IMG/VR virus record: IMGVR_UViG_3300021400_000057
Location: 11,334 to 75,333 of that record
Reading direction: 5' to 3' (one strand)
DNA from: a virus
Taxonomy: Duplodnaviria > Caudoviricetes
DNA length: 64,000 bases
This document shows, piece by piece, positions 47,491 through 56,588 of this stretch. The position numbers and the translations under genes were made by a program. Under the pieces are notes generated by a model. The model ran no database searches and was not told the origin of the DNA. It saw only the letters and a list, made by a program, of their open reading frames with translations. The stretch's first letter is position 1. Each line of letters starts with the position of its first letter.

Positions 47491-47804
47491 GACTTCACCT
47501 TCTTGACAAGAAGGTAGCAGTAGTCTACCTTCCAGCCGTCCTTGCCGCCCTTTTCGTCCCGCATATAGCGTTCCAATCGGACGTTGCAATCCGACTTATC
47601 AATCGACGTGCCGAAGATTGAGTAGCCGCCCATATTCGGCTTATATGCTTTGTTGTTGCTGGAAACGTAGTAGCTACGGGCTTCCAGTGAATATTCTTGA
47701 TTCCACGAATCAGGCGTGAATACAATCACGCCCTCAATATGTTTCCCATTTTTCTCGCTTTCCTGAAAGAGCTTTTTCATTTCCTGATATGTCATCTTTT
47801 TCAT
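47487..47804 (-). CDS. Hypothetical protein
   Basis: SD gaggagg, 105 aa. Confidence 0.7.
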   Translation of the reverse strand: MKKMTYQEMKKLFQESEKNGKHIEGVIVFTPDSWNQEYSLEARSYYVSSNNKAYKPNMGGYSIFGTSIDKSDCNVRLERYMRDEKGGKDGWKVDYCYLLVKKVKS

Positions 47805-47807
47805 GCG

Positions 47808-48014
47808 TTATTCCTCCTCGTCATCTACTGAAATACCCATGTCAAGGAACAGGATTTTTTGACAGATTTCACTTGCTTTCCTACGCAAATCTATCTTGCT
47901 TTCTTCGCGTCGCGCATCTTTCGCGCTACGGGCTTCATCAGCAAATACCTTTTCCAGTTTTCTGATAGCGTCGTATGCTTGATTGCACAAATCCAATTTG
48001 TCATCACAAGTCAT
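47808..48014 (-). CDS. Hypothetical protein
   Basis: SD ggaggg, 68 aa. Confidence 0.6.
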   Translation of the reverse strand: MTCDDKLDLCNQAYDAIRKLEKVFADEARSAKDARREESKIDLRRKASEICQKILFLDMGISVDDEEE

Positions 48015-48352
48015 GCTTGTTCCCTCCTTTTCTTTGCTTCCCTTTCCATAAGGACATTGTGGATTACGTTATTCACTTGCTCGAAACGCTGTATAGCGCG
48101 ATAAAGATTTTCAAACTTTTCCACCTTGTCAATAACGATTTCGGATATAAACCCGTTCCTTTCGTAATGGAAAAACTGAACACGATACTCGTTCATATTC
48201 GTGTCTGCATTGATGAAAACTACTAATGCACTATTGGTACTTTCGGGCGAATCCGCATAAGAGTAACGCTCGGCAAAGAAAATCGTGCGCGTAATCCCAT
48301 GCGTTTCTTCAAGTTCTTCAAAGTAATCGTTGTAGATTTTCATGCTTAACAT
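48011..48352 (-). CDS. Hypothetical protein
   Basis: SD aaggagg, 113 aa. Confidence 0.65.
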   Translation of the reverse strand: MLSMKIYNDYFEELEETHGITRTIFFAERYSYADSPESTNSALVVFINADTNMNEYRVQFFHYERNGFISEIVIDKVEKFENLYRAIQRFEQVNNVIHNVLMEREAKKRREQA

Positions 48353-48687
48353 TCTCCTCCTTTCTCGTCTATTTCATCGGTCACATAATCAAAGATTACG
48401 TTCCCGCTTGCGGTGTAATGATACTCGCAGTATGCGAAACGCTTGGGAACATCGACCTTTCGCTCCCAAATTTTCCCATCAACTTCCTTGCGCTCTGTTT
48501 TCATGTATGACTCGTAATTCGTGAAGCCCCAAGCGGAGCCGCTATTTGTTGCGGTTTTGCCTAAGATTGTTGTGCCATCAGGCAACACCATTTCACCTTG
48601 GTATTTCGGGTTTCCGTAGTAGGAACACCCGCATGATTTTACATGACGGAAGTAAACATGGTTTACCTTGATGCGTTTGCTTGCCAT
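48346..48687 (-). CDS. Hypothetical protein
   Basis: SD aaggagg, 113 aa. Confidence 0.65.
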   Translation of the reverse strand: MASKRIKVNHVYFRHVKSCGCSYYGNPKYQGEMVLPDGTTILGKTATNSGSAWGFTNYESYMKTERKEVDGKIWERKVDVPKRFAYCEYHYTASGNVIFDYVTDEIDEKGGEC

Positions 48688-48704
48688 TACCTATGCCTCC
48701 TTCA

Positions 48705-48887
48705 TCAGATAAACGCTTGCCAGTCTTGAACCGGGTCAGCGTTTTCGCAATGCTGTTTAATCATATCCTCGATATTCCCATGCTCCCCGTAATTCATAGC
48801 CATGAGGAGTAGCACATCGTACCATTTCTTTTGTTTGTACTTCGCCAGTATTGCGTTCTTCCATGCCTCGCGCTCTGTTACTGCCAT
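48705..48887 (-). CDS. Hypothetical protein
   Basis: 60 aa with SD. Confidence 0.55.
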   Translation of the reverse strand: MAVTEREAWKNAILAKYKQKKWYDVLLLMAMNYGEHGNIEDMIKQHCENADPVQDWQAFI

Positions 48888-48888
48888 A

Positions 48889-49194
48889 TCACTTCAACTC
48901 CTTCGCACCTTCGCGCTTCATAATCCTGACATTCTCCTTGTATTCTGCTTTGCTCTCATACACGTCTATATATTCCCACCACCTATCTCCATACTTGGTT
49001 TCCCTCATGTGTACTTCCTCTTTCGGCGGCATGACTGCCCTTACCACTTCCAATAGCTTGTAATACAAGCCTCCTTTCTCGTCTTCTCGGACGTACACCT
49101 TGTAATAATCACGCTTTCTTGACCGATTTACCGCCCCTCTATGCGAAGGGCGGCGTGCTGGTATCGTTGGTTGTGACTGCGGCTGTGACTGCAA
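48889..49194 (-). CDS. Hypothetical protein
   Basis: SD aaggag, 101 aa. Confidence 0.6.
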   Translation of the reverse strand: MQSQPQSQPTIPARRPSHRGAVNRSRKRDYYKVYVREDEKGGLYYKLLEVVRAVMPPKEEVHMRETKYGDRWWEYIDVYESKAEYKENVRIMKREGAKELK

Positions 49195-49244
49195 TGGAAT
49201 CTACTCCTTTCGTCCAATCAAAAAGCCGCCCGATTTTCAGGCGG

Positions 49245-49514
49245 CTATACTTCCGTATCCTCGATTCCTCCCGTCCACAATTCCCCAAGCTCCGAGGCTT
49301 TCTTCCATGACGTGAGAATCGTTTTGGGATTGTAATGCGGCTTATTCAGGCAGATATTCACATACTTCATTTCGCTTCGCTTCTTTGCGGCATCGTAAAT
49401 CTGCTTTGCCATTTTCCGTGAGTTACATTCAACGACGTACTTGTTTGTCTTTCCTTCTGCCTGACCCCATCCGCTCATGAATGTGTCAGTCATTGTTACC
49501 CAATATTTTGCCAT
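49245..49514 (-). CDS. Hypothetical protein
   Basis: SD aaggagg, 89 aa. Confidence 0.7.
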   Translation of the reverse strand: MAKYWVTMTDTFMSGWGQAEGKTNKYVVECNSRKMAKQIYDAAKKRSEMKYVNICLNKPHYNPKTILTSWKKASELGELWTGGIEDTEV

Positions 49515-49677
49515 TTATGTTATCCCTCCTTACGTTTTTGTGCGTCGAATTCTTGTCTCATATCGTCCCAAGTTTTTCGGACTGGACAAGTCTCGCAAGT
49601 GTCCTCTGAACGATAATTGCAATCGCCGCAAACAATATCAACGGCATCGTCAAACTTTCTAAACCCATCATTCGTAA

Positions 49678-49965
49678 TCATGCTGTCGCCTCCTCAAAAT
49701 GCTTGTCATATTCCACCAGCGAATCCAAGTATGTTTCCGCTGTTTGTCCCAAATATTTCAAAAGGCTTCGGCTGTCGCGGCTGTCATGTTGTTCGTCATA
49801 CTTTGCCATAAGCCGTGATACTACGCATACCAGAAGGAAGCTGTGCCCTTCGTAGATTATCCACTTGCCTTGCACCTTGATTTTCCTGTTTCCAAAAGCG
49901 TACATCTGAACCACTCCTTCTCCTTTATCCCAACCGTTTACGACTTGCGGCGCTCTTACCATCAC
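49678..49965 (-). CDS. Hypothetical protein
   Basis: ORF in operon; start uncertain. Confidence 0.5.
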   Translation of the reverse strand: MMVRAPQVVNGWDKGEGVVQMYAFGNRKIKVQGKWIIYEGHSFLLVCVVSRLMAKYDEQHDSRDSRSLLKYLGQTAETYLDSLVEYDKHFEEATA

Positions 49966-50572
49966 GGTATCCCATCTGACTTGCCATGTAGGACGCTCCC
50001 GTGTTTACCTTATACGAAATATGCTTCTTGGAAAGTTTCGGGAATTTTGCAGATACCGCATTGTCAACATCTTCGGGAACTACCAGTGCCAATGCCCTGC
50101 ACTGTTCGCCCATTTCCTCTTTGATTGCCTGAATATACCTGATTGCATACGCACCCTCTACCTTCTGGGAATGTCCGTACCTCGCCATTGCCGCCTGCCT
50201 TGCAGAGCGCACCCCTTCCGCAATCAGCTTCGCGAACATCCGCCACAATCCTATGGCGTTCTTCCTGTCCGAATCCCGCCCGAAAAACATGACGGAAGCA
50301 CGGCGATGATTGCCAGTCGTCCGTACCACACGGCAACAAGTGTTATCTGCAATGACTTTCGCAAGGGACAACTGCCAGTTTCGCGTAACGTCAACGCTCT
50401 CGTTGTCTACATCCTCGGTTTTCTCCCGCAATTCCACGGCTTCTACATGGTACTTTGCCATAAGGCGTTGTGCCAGCTTCGCCGCCGCGATTGCTTCCTG
50501 TTCGGAAGCCCCGTTTTCAACCGTTTTCGACAACAATGCCGCGATTTTGTCCATGATTTTCGAGTTTGCCAT
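49925..50572 (-). CDS. DUF2786-domain protein
   Basis: IMDKIAALLSKTVENGASEQEAIAAAKLAQRLMAKY. Confidence 0.8.
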   Translation of the reverse strand: MANSKIMDKIAALLSKTVENGASEQEAIAAAKLAQRLMAKYHVEAVELREKTEDVDNESVDVTRNWQLSLAKVIADNTCCRVVRTTGNHRRASVMFFGRDSDRKNAIGLWRMFAKLIAEGVRSARQAAMARYGHSQKVEGAYAIRYIQAIKEEMGEQCRALALVVPEDVDNAVSAKFPKLSKKHISYKVNTGASYMASQMGYRDGKSAASRKRLG

Positions 50573-50594
50573 AGTAATTCCACCTTTCATTTCT

Positions 50595-50882
50595 TCACTG
50601 GTTATCCAATGCTTCCGTCATAACTTTTGCGGCTTTTGCTTCCCACTGATTTCTTCCGTCTGTCATCCCCTCTCTGTCGTTTATTACAAGCTGGCGGAGC
50701 CAGTCGATAAACAAATCCGTCATCCATGCTTGGAGCGTCCTGTGTTCCAGTGTCATCAGGGCGCAGAAATTCTGCGGTTTGTATCCTGCGTTGACATAAT
50801 CCGACAGGGCTTTTACTGCCGCCCTTGCACGCTCGTCCTTTCGTGCATCTCTGTAATCCTTCTCTGTCAAAATCTTCGGCAT
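50595..50882 (-). CDS. Hypothetical protein
   Basis: SD aagggg, 95 aa. Confidence 0.65.
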   Translation of the reverse strand: MPKILTEKDYRDARKDERARAAVKALSDYVNAGYKPQNFCALMTLEHRTLQAWMTDLFIDWLRQLVINDREGMTDGRNQWEAKAAKVMTEALDNQ

Positions 50883-50894
50883 CGTGATTCCCCC

Positions 50895-51107
50895 TTATCT
50901 CATTAACCAGCGAAGCTCCTCGTCAATCTGACGGGAGTATTCCTCAATCCAGCTTTGCGGGGATTCTTCCCAATGCGTGCTGGAAAGCCCGATAAAATCA
51001 ACAACGACGTTTCCTTTGTCAATCCATTCGAGCGTGCTGTTCTCGTAATTGTAGCGGAAGCACCGTTTCCCATAGCGTCGCACTCTCGAATATTGCTTTT
51101 CAGCCAT
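50895..51107 (-). CDS. Hypothetical protein
   Basis: SD ggaggga, 70 aa. Confidence 0.65.
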   Translation of the reverse strand: MAEKQYSRVRRYGKRCFRYNYENSTLEWIDKGNVVVDFIGLSSTHWEESPQSWIEEYSRQIDEELRWLMR

Positions 51108-51119
51108 TGCTCTCCCTCC

Positions 51120-51197
51120 CTATCCTGCTATACCTGCGAAGTGTACGACCAAACCAATCAGCGTCAGTGACCAAATCACACCGATTAGCGTGTTCAT
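51120..51197 (-). CDS. 25-aa membrane peptide
   Basis: MNTLIGVIWSLTLIGLVVHFAGIAG with SD aaggagg. Confidence 0.55.
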   Translation of the reverse strand: MNTLIGVIWSLTLIGLVVHFAGIAG

Positions 51198-51517
51198 TAT
51201 CCTGCCTCCTTTCTCAATTCCCCGAAGGATTCCAACTCGTCGTGGTAATCCCCGCTTTCGTCCGTAAACTCCACGGGAAGTTGCAACCATATCACATCTT
51301 CCGAATAGCAAGCGTTATCGACAACCACATCAGCCCCGACTTCCTGCTTAATAGCCTTGATAACCTTTGACGCTTCCGGATTGTCAGGCAAATCCAAAAC
51401 CAAATCCGTGCGATAAACGTCGTTTACCCACGAATCATAGCCACGTCCCCATACGTCATAGCTATAAAATCTCCATTTCGCCATTTGCAATCGCTCCTCT
51501 CTTATTTTTTTACCCAT
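51197..51517 (-). CDS. Hypothetical protein
   Basis: Probable start at MAKWRFY. Confidence 0.6.
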   Translation of the reverse strand: MGKKIREERLQMAKWRFYSYDVWGRGYDSWVNDVYRTDLVLDLPDNPEASKVIKAIKQEVGADVVVDNACYSEDVIWLQLPVEFTDESGDYHDELESFGELRKEAG

Positions 51518-51987
51518 CGCGTTTCCATTTTGACGAATCCATGTTTTCGCAGAAACTCCTCACCAAAAAGATTGCAGGATTTCGGATTGTTTATCAGATA
51601 CTCAATATATATGTTACGTACATCTTCAAGTTTTTCTATCGCGTCGGCGCAGAATTGCCAGTAATACTGAACCGTAACCATCGGCGTATCCTCGTGCCTA
51701 TGCCACTCTTTACACCCGCTACAAAACCAAATTTCCTCGTCGAAATATACGGGAATGTCCCGCACACCCTCTACGTCAAAGCCATTCAAAGCCTCTCGCA
51801 CTTTTTCGTACATTGACCAATCGCCATCAATAATGATAGATTCAGCGCCGTCAACCATTACCGTGTTGACGCTTGGTTTGGTCATACATTTCGTTGGTAT
51901 CGCTAGTATAGCGTTCCTGATTTCAGGTTTCATTCTTTCACGTCCTTTCGTTTTGCCAAAACAAAAGGGCGACTTCACGTCGCCCAT
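51502..51987 (-). CDS. Hypothetical protein
   Basis: Probable start at MKPEIR; FCSGC motif. Confidence 0.6.
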   Translation of the reverse strand: MGDVKSPFCFGKTKGRERMKPEIRNAILAIPTKCMTKPSVNTVMVDGAESIIIDGDWSMYEKVREALNGFDVEGVRDIPVYFDEEIWFCSGCKEWHRHEDTPMVTVQYYWQFCADAIEKLEDVRNIYIEYLINNPKSCNLFGEEFLRKHGFVKMETRWVKK

Positions 51988-52043
51988 GCCAGTCTCCTTG
52001 TGTAATTACCCCCCTTTCGTCATGGATTCTCTGACATTCCGCC

Positions 52044-53135
52044 TCATTTCTTGACGGTATCTTCGTCCTCCTTTCCCGTTTCGTTCGGAGTTTCCAAGTT
52101 TTCTTTGTCATCGCAATCATACAAGCCCATGATTTCTTCATCGTAAAGCTCCTGAATTACAGCGTCTCCGTACTGTCTACGCCATTCTTCCAGTTCATCA
52201 ATTTCCATAATCTCACAAAGTTCGTCATACATTTGACGATATTTTGGCGGTACTGGCTGAAGTTCGTCAGAACTCATGCCGAGTCTTGCTTGTTCCGTAG
52301 CAGTCAATGTGCTATCATATCCTCCCCAACCATCACCATAATATCCTCCGTAGTAATCGTAGGATTTTCGCGGATAATTCCATAGGGATTTGTAATTCTC
52401 GTTGAGTTTCGTCCAGACGTGCACTTTTTCGATATACTCATACCTCGGAAAATCTTTGCTTGCAGTATCCGCAACCATTTCCTTAACCTTCTCAATCGTT
52501 GCGGATAAGTGCTTCCTGTTTATGTATTCGTGCTGAGTATGGGCGTAGTAATATCCGCTTGACAGATTGACGGCGGCTACTCCCATATCAGGAGCAATGA
52601 AGGAAATATCGCTGAAGCTCCCGTATTCTGTGCGAAAGCCCTTTGATGTTACATAATCCTCAAAGTCTTTGTTGTCGCAGTCGTAATACACCGCATCTTT
52701 CGAGCCTTTGCGGTCAATCTCAATAATCATTTTGAGTTTGTCCAGTGCTTTCGGAAGCCTCCCCTGTGCATACCAACCGCAAAATTCCTCAGCACCATGA
52801 CCGCCAATCTCCTCGTCACAGGTGAACAAGAGCCACGGTTTTTTCCCGATTTTCGCGGATTCGTACACGGAAAGCAGGGCATATACCCCGCACCTGTCAT
52901 CGCCTCCAATACCCTGCGGAGACATCACGATATTTCCGTCTGCGGATTCGCAGATAACCTTCACCGCCTCTTTATGAACGGTATCAAGATGGGCAACCAA
53001 CATCACGGGCAGATTTCCATTAACCAGCACAAACTTTTTCTTCTTGTATGCGGCTACGTTGCCCTTGAAATGCTTGCGTAAAAGAGCCATCAAACCTTTT
53101 TGTGTCAGCGTCACCAAATATTCGAGCTTAAACAT
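52044..53135 (-). CDS. M28/M20-like Zn-dependent peptidase
   Basis: LVAHLDTVH, GIGGDDRCG, TCDEEIGG, EIDRKG, SFSDIS, NLSSGYYYAHT. Confidence 0.85.
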   Translation of the reverse strand: MFKLEYLVTLTQKGLMALLRKHFKGNVAAYKKKKFVLVNGNLPVMLVAHLDTVHKEAVKVICESADGNIVMSPQGIGGDDRCGVYALLSVYESAKIGKKPWLLFTCDEEIGGHGAEEFCGWYAQGRLPKALDKLKMIIEIDRKGSKDAVYYDCDNKDFEDYVTSKGFRTEYGSFSDISFIAPDMGVAAVNLSSGYYYAHTQHEYINRKHLSATIEKVKEMVADTASKDFPRYEYIEKVHVWTKLNENYKSLWNYPRKSYDYYGGYYGDGWGGYDSTLTATEQARLGMSSDELQPVPPKYRQMYDELCEIMEIDELEEWRRQYGDAVIQELYDEEIMGLYDCDDKENLETPNETGKEDEDTVKK

Positions 53136-53252
53136 AATATCGACCTCCTATTTTGCGTTTGTCGTGTCGTGATTCGTGATTATTCTTGGGAATTTCAAGA
53201 CTTGCCCGTGATTATTTCACAAGCAAGCCTTGACTTTCCACGTTTCTTGCCA

Positions 53253-55388
53253 TCAGCAAGCCTTTTCGCTATTAGCGAACAACCCCGTATTCTCGAAACA
53301 AGCCTTGCAGTATCCGCCTTCCCGCATTTCCTTGCGGCTGAAGTATTCCCCGCATTCGGCGCATTCCAGATACCCGAAGTCAAGGCATTTTCCGCAAACC
53401 TTCGTAACCTCGCCAGTTTCGCTGTTCGTGTATGCGATGTAGGCGCAATTCTCTGGAACAAACGTCCCGCAATCGTCGCATTGCGTGTAGTTTTCCGTGC
53501 AATCGTCGCAGATTATCATGGGATTCCCGTCAGAATCAGTCGCATCGTGCAACGATTCCTTGTCTACAAGCCTTCCGCAATCGTCGCATTCCTCGAAGTA
53601 ATTGTAGGCGCACTCATCGCAAATCGTGACTTCGTAGCCATCACGAATAGCCTCTCTGGTATTCTCGATATGCACCCATTCACCGCATTTGTCACATTCG
53701 ACGTAATTACCGCTTTCGTTAAGGCAATCGTCGCAGACATGGACGGTATGCCCATAGTTATCCGTGACTTCTACCATATCGTTACGGCGATATACCTCGC
53801 CGCATTCCGCGCATTCTTCGTATTCCTCGTCATAGCAACCGTCGCAGACATAATCGCCAATACTATCGACCCACCGCATATCGTCGCAATGATGGTATTC
53901 TCCGCATTCAGCGCATTCCCTGTAGTAATCGCGGCGGCATTCGTAGCACACATCTACCTCGTCGCCATAACTATCGTAAACGTGATATGCGTCGTCTTCG
54001 TCAATCCACTCACCGCACTCAGCGCACTGAATCATGCCCTCATGGTTGCAATCATCGCAGAACGGTTCGTCGTTGTCGCGATTTTCGTCGCCACAAGCCC
54101 AGCACAATCCGTATGTTCCAATGCTGAAATTATGCCAATTATCGGCTTTATCCTTACGGATTGCCACAACCGCATGGAAATCCCGATAGGGCCAGTCAGG
54201 GTATCCCGGAAATCCACGTCCCGTGTCAAGACATACATTTTCGTCGTTGTCGTAATACTTGAAGGAACGCCACAAATTCGGCTGTCCCTCAATTTCGGCG
54301 ATAATGCTCTCTGCCATTGCCCGAATTGGCTTGTTTTCGAGCTGTTCTCCCCGCGTTCCGCCGTAATCGTCATCGTCAAGCGCGTTGCACTTATACAAAC
54401 GACTCTGAAGGAGCAACCCGTTGTCTACTTCGTACATAAACAACTGCCGCTTAGTTTTTCGCGTATTCCGCTTAAAGTGGTCGGAAAAATTGCCGCAATT
54501 ATAGGCAATCATCGTCACGCCGTCCCGTGCATATCCCGACGTTCCTGCCCGATAACTGCAACCACCGTCAATGCTGTGGCAGGAAGTCATGAACCGATTT
54601 GCCTTCGACGCTCCCTGCGGATTGCTCATTGTCATAAATGCCGCAGGATTTACGCTGAAAAGCATATCGAACGCGGGTTTATCCGCATATTCGTCGCAGA
54701 TTTTTGCGAAAATCTGGTTGAACTCGCGGTTATGGTCGTCAGCCACGCCGACTGAATTCAAGAATTGCCGAGTGATTTTCGACATTTTCCGTCCAGCGTG
54801 GTAGGCGTGCGGAGCAACCCGATTCAGGGCTTCTAGTGCTCTTTCCTTGCACGCCTCCGCCGTTTCTTCCGTCATGGAGAACCACTGACGGGCAAGGTCG
54901 ATGTCCGTCGCGTAATCGCTCTTACCCTCGTGCAATGCCGCCCTAATCGCAGGCTCTACAAGGTGGCACAGCATATTATTCACGGCGTTAAGGTTAGGGC
55001 AACACCCCAGCGGCGCCGATTTTACCATTACGCCATCCAGAATTTCGTCCCATGCAGGGTGACGGCGTAATGCTTCGCGCAATTCCGCTTTTTCGCCATA
55101 CACGGAATCGTGCGCCAGATTGCGAACGAAATCCCTTGAAATCCTGTCAAGGTCGTCGTTTGTCCCGTATTCCTGCGCGTCCTGATAATCGTTCAGGGCC
55201 TCGCTAATCTGCATTTCGAGGAACTTGCACTTTGCGTCGTCCCGCTTTTTGCGGATAGGAGCAACGTAATCCTCGGAAAGCCCCAAAATTTCCGCCTCGC
55301 GAACATTCTCGGAAAACGCCAAGAGCCTCAGCGCTTCCTCACGCATTTCCTTACCCATTCCTGCCAGCATTTTCTTCAACATTGTCAA
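53253..55388 (-). CDS. Unknown enzyme-like domain followed by 16 CxxC motifs (8 putative Zn ribbons)
   Basis: 711 aa; FMTSCHS..YRAG..YARD..RQLF..QSRLY core; CxxC motifs counted by eye in the C-terminal third. Confidence 0.8.
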   Translation of the reverse strand: MTMLKKMLAGMGKEMREEALRLLAFSENVREAEILGLSEDYVAPIRKKRDDAKCKFLEMQISEALNDYQDAQEYGTNDDLDRISRDFVRNLAHDSVYGEKAELREALRRHPAWDEILDGVMVKSAPLGCCPNLNAVNNMLCHLVEPAIRAALHEGKSDYATDIDLARQWFSMTEETAEACKERALEALNRVAPHAYHAGRKMSKITRQFLNSVGVADDHNREFNQIFAKICDEYADKPAFDMLFSVNPAAFMTMSNPQGASKANRFMTSCHSIDGGCSYRAGTSGYARDGVTMIAYNCGNFSDHFKRNTRKTKRQLFMYEVDNGLLLQSRLYKCNALDDDDYGGTRGEQLENKPIRAMAESIIAEIEGQPNLWRSFKYYDNDENVCLDTGRGFPGYPDWPYRDFHAVVAIRKDKADNWHNFSIGTYGLCWACGDENRDNDEPFCDDCNHEGMIQCAECGEWIDEDDAYHVYDSYGDEVDVCYECRRDYYRECAECGEYHHCDDMRWVDSIGDYVCDGCYDEEYEECAECGEVYRRNDMVEVTDNYGHTVHVCDDCLNESGNYVECDKCGEWVHIENTREAIRDGYEVTICDECAYNYFEECDDCGRLVDKESLHDATDSDGNPMIICDDCTENYTQCDDCGTFVPENCAYIAYTNSETGEVTKVCGKCLDFGYLECAECGEYFSRKEMREGGYCKACFENTGLFANSEKAC

Positions 55389-55431
55389 TTCCTCCTATAT
55401 GTTTTGTAATATATGCCATGTATGGTGCGCT

Positions 55432-55447
55432 ATCCCGAATATGAGAC
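55432..55447. promoter_or_regulatory. Operator-like site ATCCC-GAATAT-GAGAC
   Basis: Intergenic, upstream of the 53253-55388 gene; part of a repeat shared with 55875. Confidence 0.55.
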
Positions 55448-55477
55448 AACACGCCATACGAAAAGCCTCAATTTTCC

Positions 55478-55840
55478 TTACGCCGCCCGAAGTTTCGCGG
55501 CTTTTACCATATCCTTCTTGAAGTATGCAAACGCGCTTTTCAGCACATCCGCATGAAGGCGGAGCAAACTGACGGAGCTTGCATACTTCCACTCTACCCC
55601 GAAAAGCTCCGCCGTCTCGTCCTGCCGGTTATACTTCTTGGAGCGCAAGACATACTCAAACCAGTCTTTCGCGCCACCCAAGACCGTTTCTTCCGTCAAT
55701 TCTTGCGCCGGATTTTTGGCATACTGCTCCGCCCACATCGGACGATACTTTGCCAGAGCAATCTTCCATGCTTTCCCGTGCTTGATTTTGCTGACTTCCT
55801 CGACGGTCAGCATCCTGATAGGGCTTTCCTTTTTTGCCAT
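55478..55840 (-). CDS. Hypothetical protein
   Basis: SD aagggga before MAKKESPIR. Confidence 0.7.
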   Translation of the reverse strand: MAKKESPIRMLTVEEVSKIKHGKAWKIALAKYRPMWAEQYAKNPAQELTEETVLGGAKDWFEYVLRSKKYNRQDETAELFGVEWKYASSVSLLRLHADVLKSAFAYFKKDMVKAAKLRAA

Positions 55841-55874
55841 AGTTTTCTCCCCTTCCTGCCAAATATGGCGCGTC

Positions 55875-55890
55875 GTCTCGTATATGAGAC
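55875..55890. promoter_or_regulatory. Operator palindrome GTCTC-GTATAT-GAGAC
   Basis: Perfect 5-6-5 palindrome, intergenic. Confidence 0.65.
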
Positions 55891-55911
55891 AACACGCCAC
55901 ACGTTCACAAG

Positions 55912-56013
55912 TTACCAACGAATCCCGCCCTTTTTGGCGCGTTCCAGCGCCGAGAACATACGGTTTACCACGATATAGAACACCACTCCAAAGATGATTC
56001 CCGCGACTGTCAT
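55912..56013 (-). CDS. 33-aa membrane peptide
   Basis: MTVAGIIFGVVFYIVVNRMFSALERAKKGGIRW; TAATG overlap with the upstream gene; SD aaggtgg. Confidence 0.55.
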   Translation of the reverse strand: MTVAGIIFGVVFYIVVNRMFSALERAKKGGIRW

Positions 56014-56588
56014 TACGCCACCTTCTTAGCCACATAGAGCTTCCACAGAGCGCTATTGCGCTCCTTCTTCGTCGCAAGATTGGCTACCTCGTCAGCGTGC
56101 TCGGCCTTGAAGTTAAGCCACTCATCCCGCGAAGGACGCTCGACCTGTTCCTGCACGTTCCCTGCGGCAGTCTGCTCCGCCGCGTAAATCTTCCAGAGCG
56201 CCTTGTTGCGTTCCTTCTGCGTCGCAAGATTCGCTACCTCGTCGGCGTGTTCCTTCTTGAACGCAAGCCAGACCTCCTTCGCGGGGAAGGGCACGCGCAC
56301 GCGCTTTCCCTGCGTGTCGGACTTCTTGGACGTGGACTTCTTGGACGTGGACTTCTTGGACGTGGACTTCTTGGACGTGGACTTCTTGGACGTGGACTTC
56401 GACTTCTCCTGCGTAGGAGCGGACGTGTTCTGCTGTGCTTTGAGTTCCGCGATGACAGCGTTTTGCGCGGCGATGGTCGCGGCCATTTGCGCGAACATAT
56501 CACGCATTTCAGTTGCAAGCCCCGTCACCGTCAGGCGTGGAGTTTTCTCCTGCATAGTCTTCTCTTGCTTCGTGTTCTTCTTTGCCAT
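56013..56588 (-). CDS. Basic protein with STSKK repeats and a duplicated C-terminal helical domain
   Basis: KSTSKK tandem; WL.FK.EHADEVANLAT.KERN.ALWK.Y twice; SD aggggg. Confidence 0.85.
   Translation of the reverse strand: MAKKNTKQEKTMQEKTPRLTVTGLATEMRDMFAQMAATIAAQNAVIAELKAQQNTSAPTQEKSKSTSKKSTSKKSTSKKSTSKKSTSKKSDTQGKRVRVPFPAKEVWLAFKKEHADEVANLATQKERNKALWKIYAAEQTAAGNVQEQVERPSRDEWLNFKAEHADEVANLATKKERNSALWKLYVAKKVA
56319..56400. repeat. 15-bp tandem repeat ggacttcttggacgt x5.5
   Basis: Perfect copies read directly from the sequence. Confidence 0.95.
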
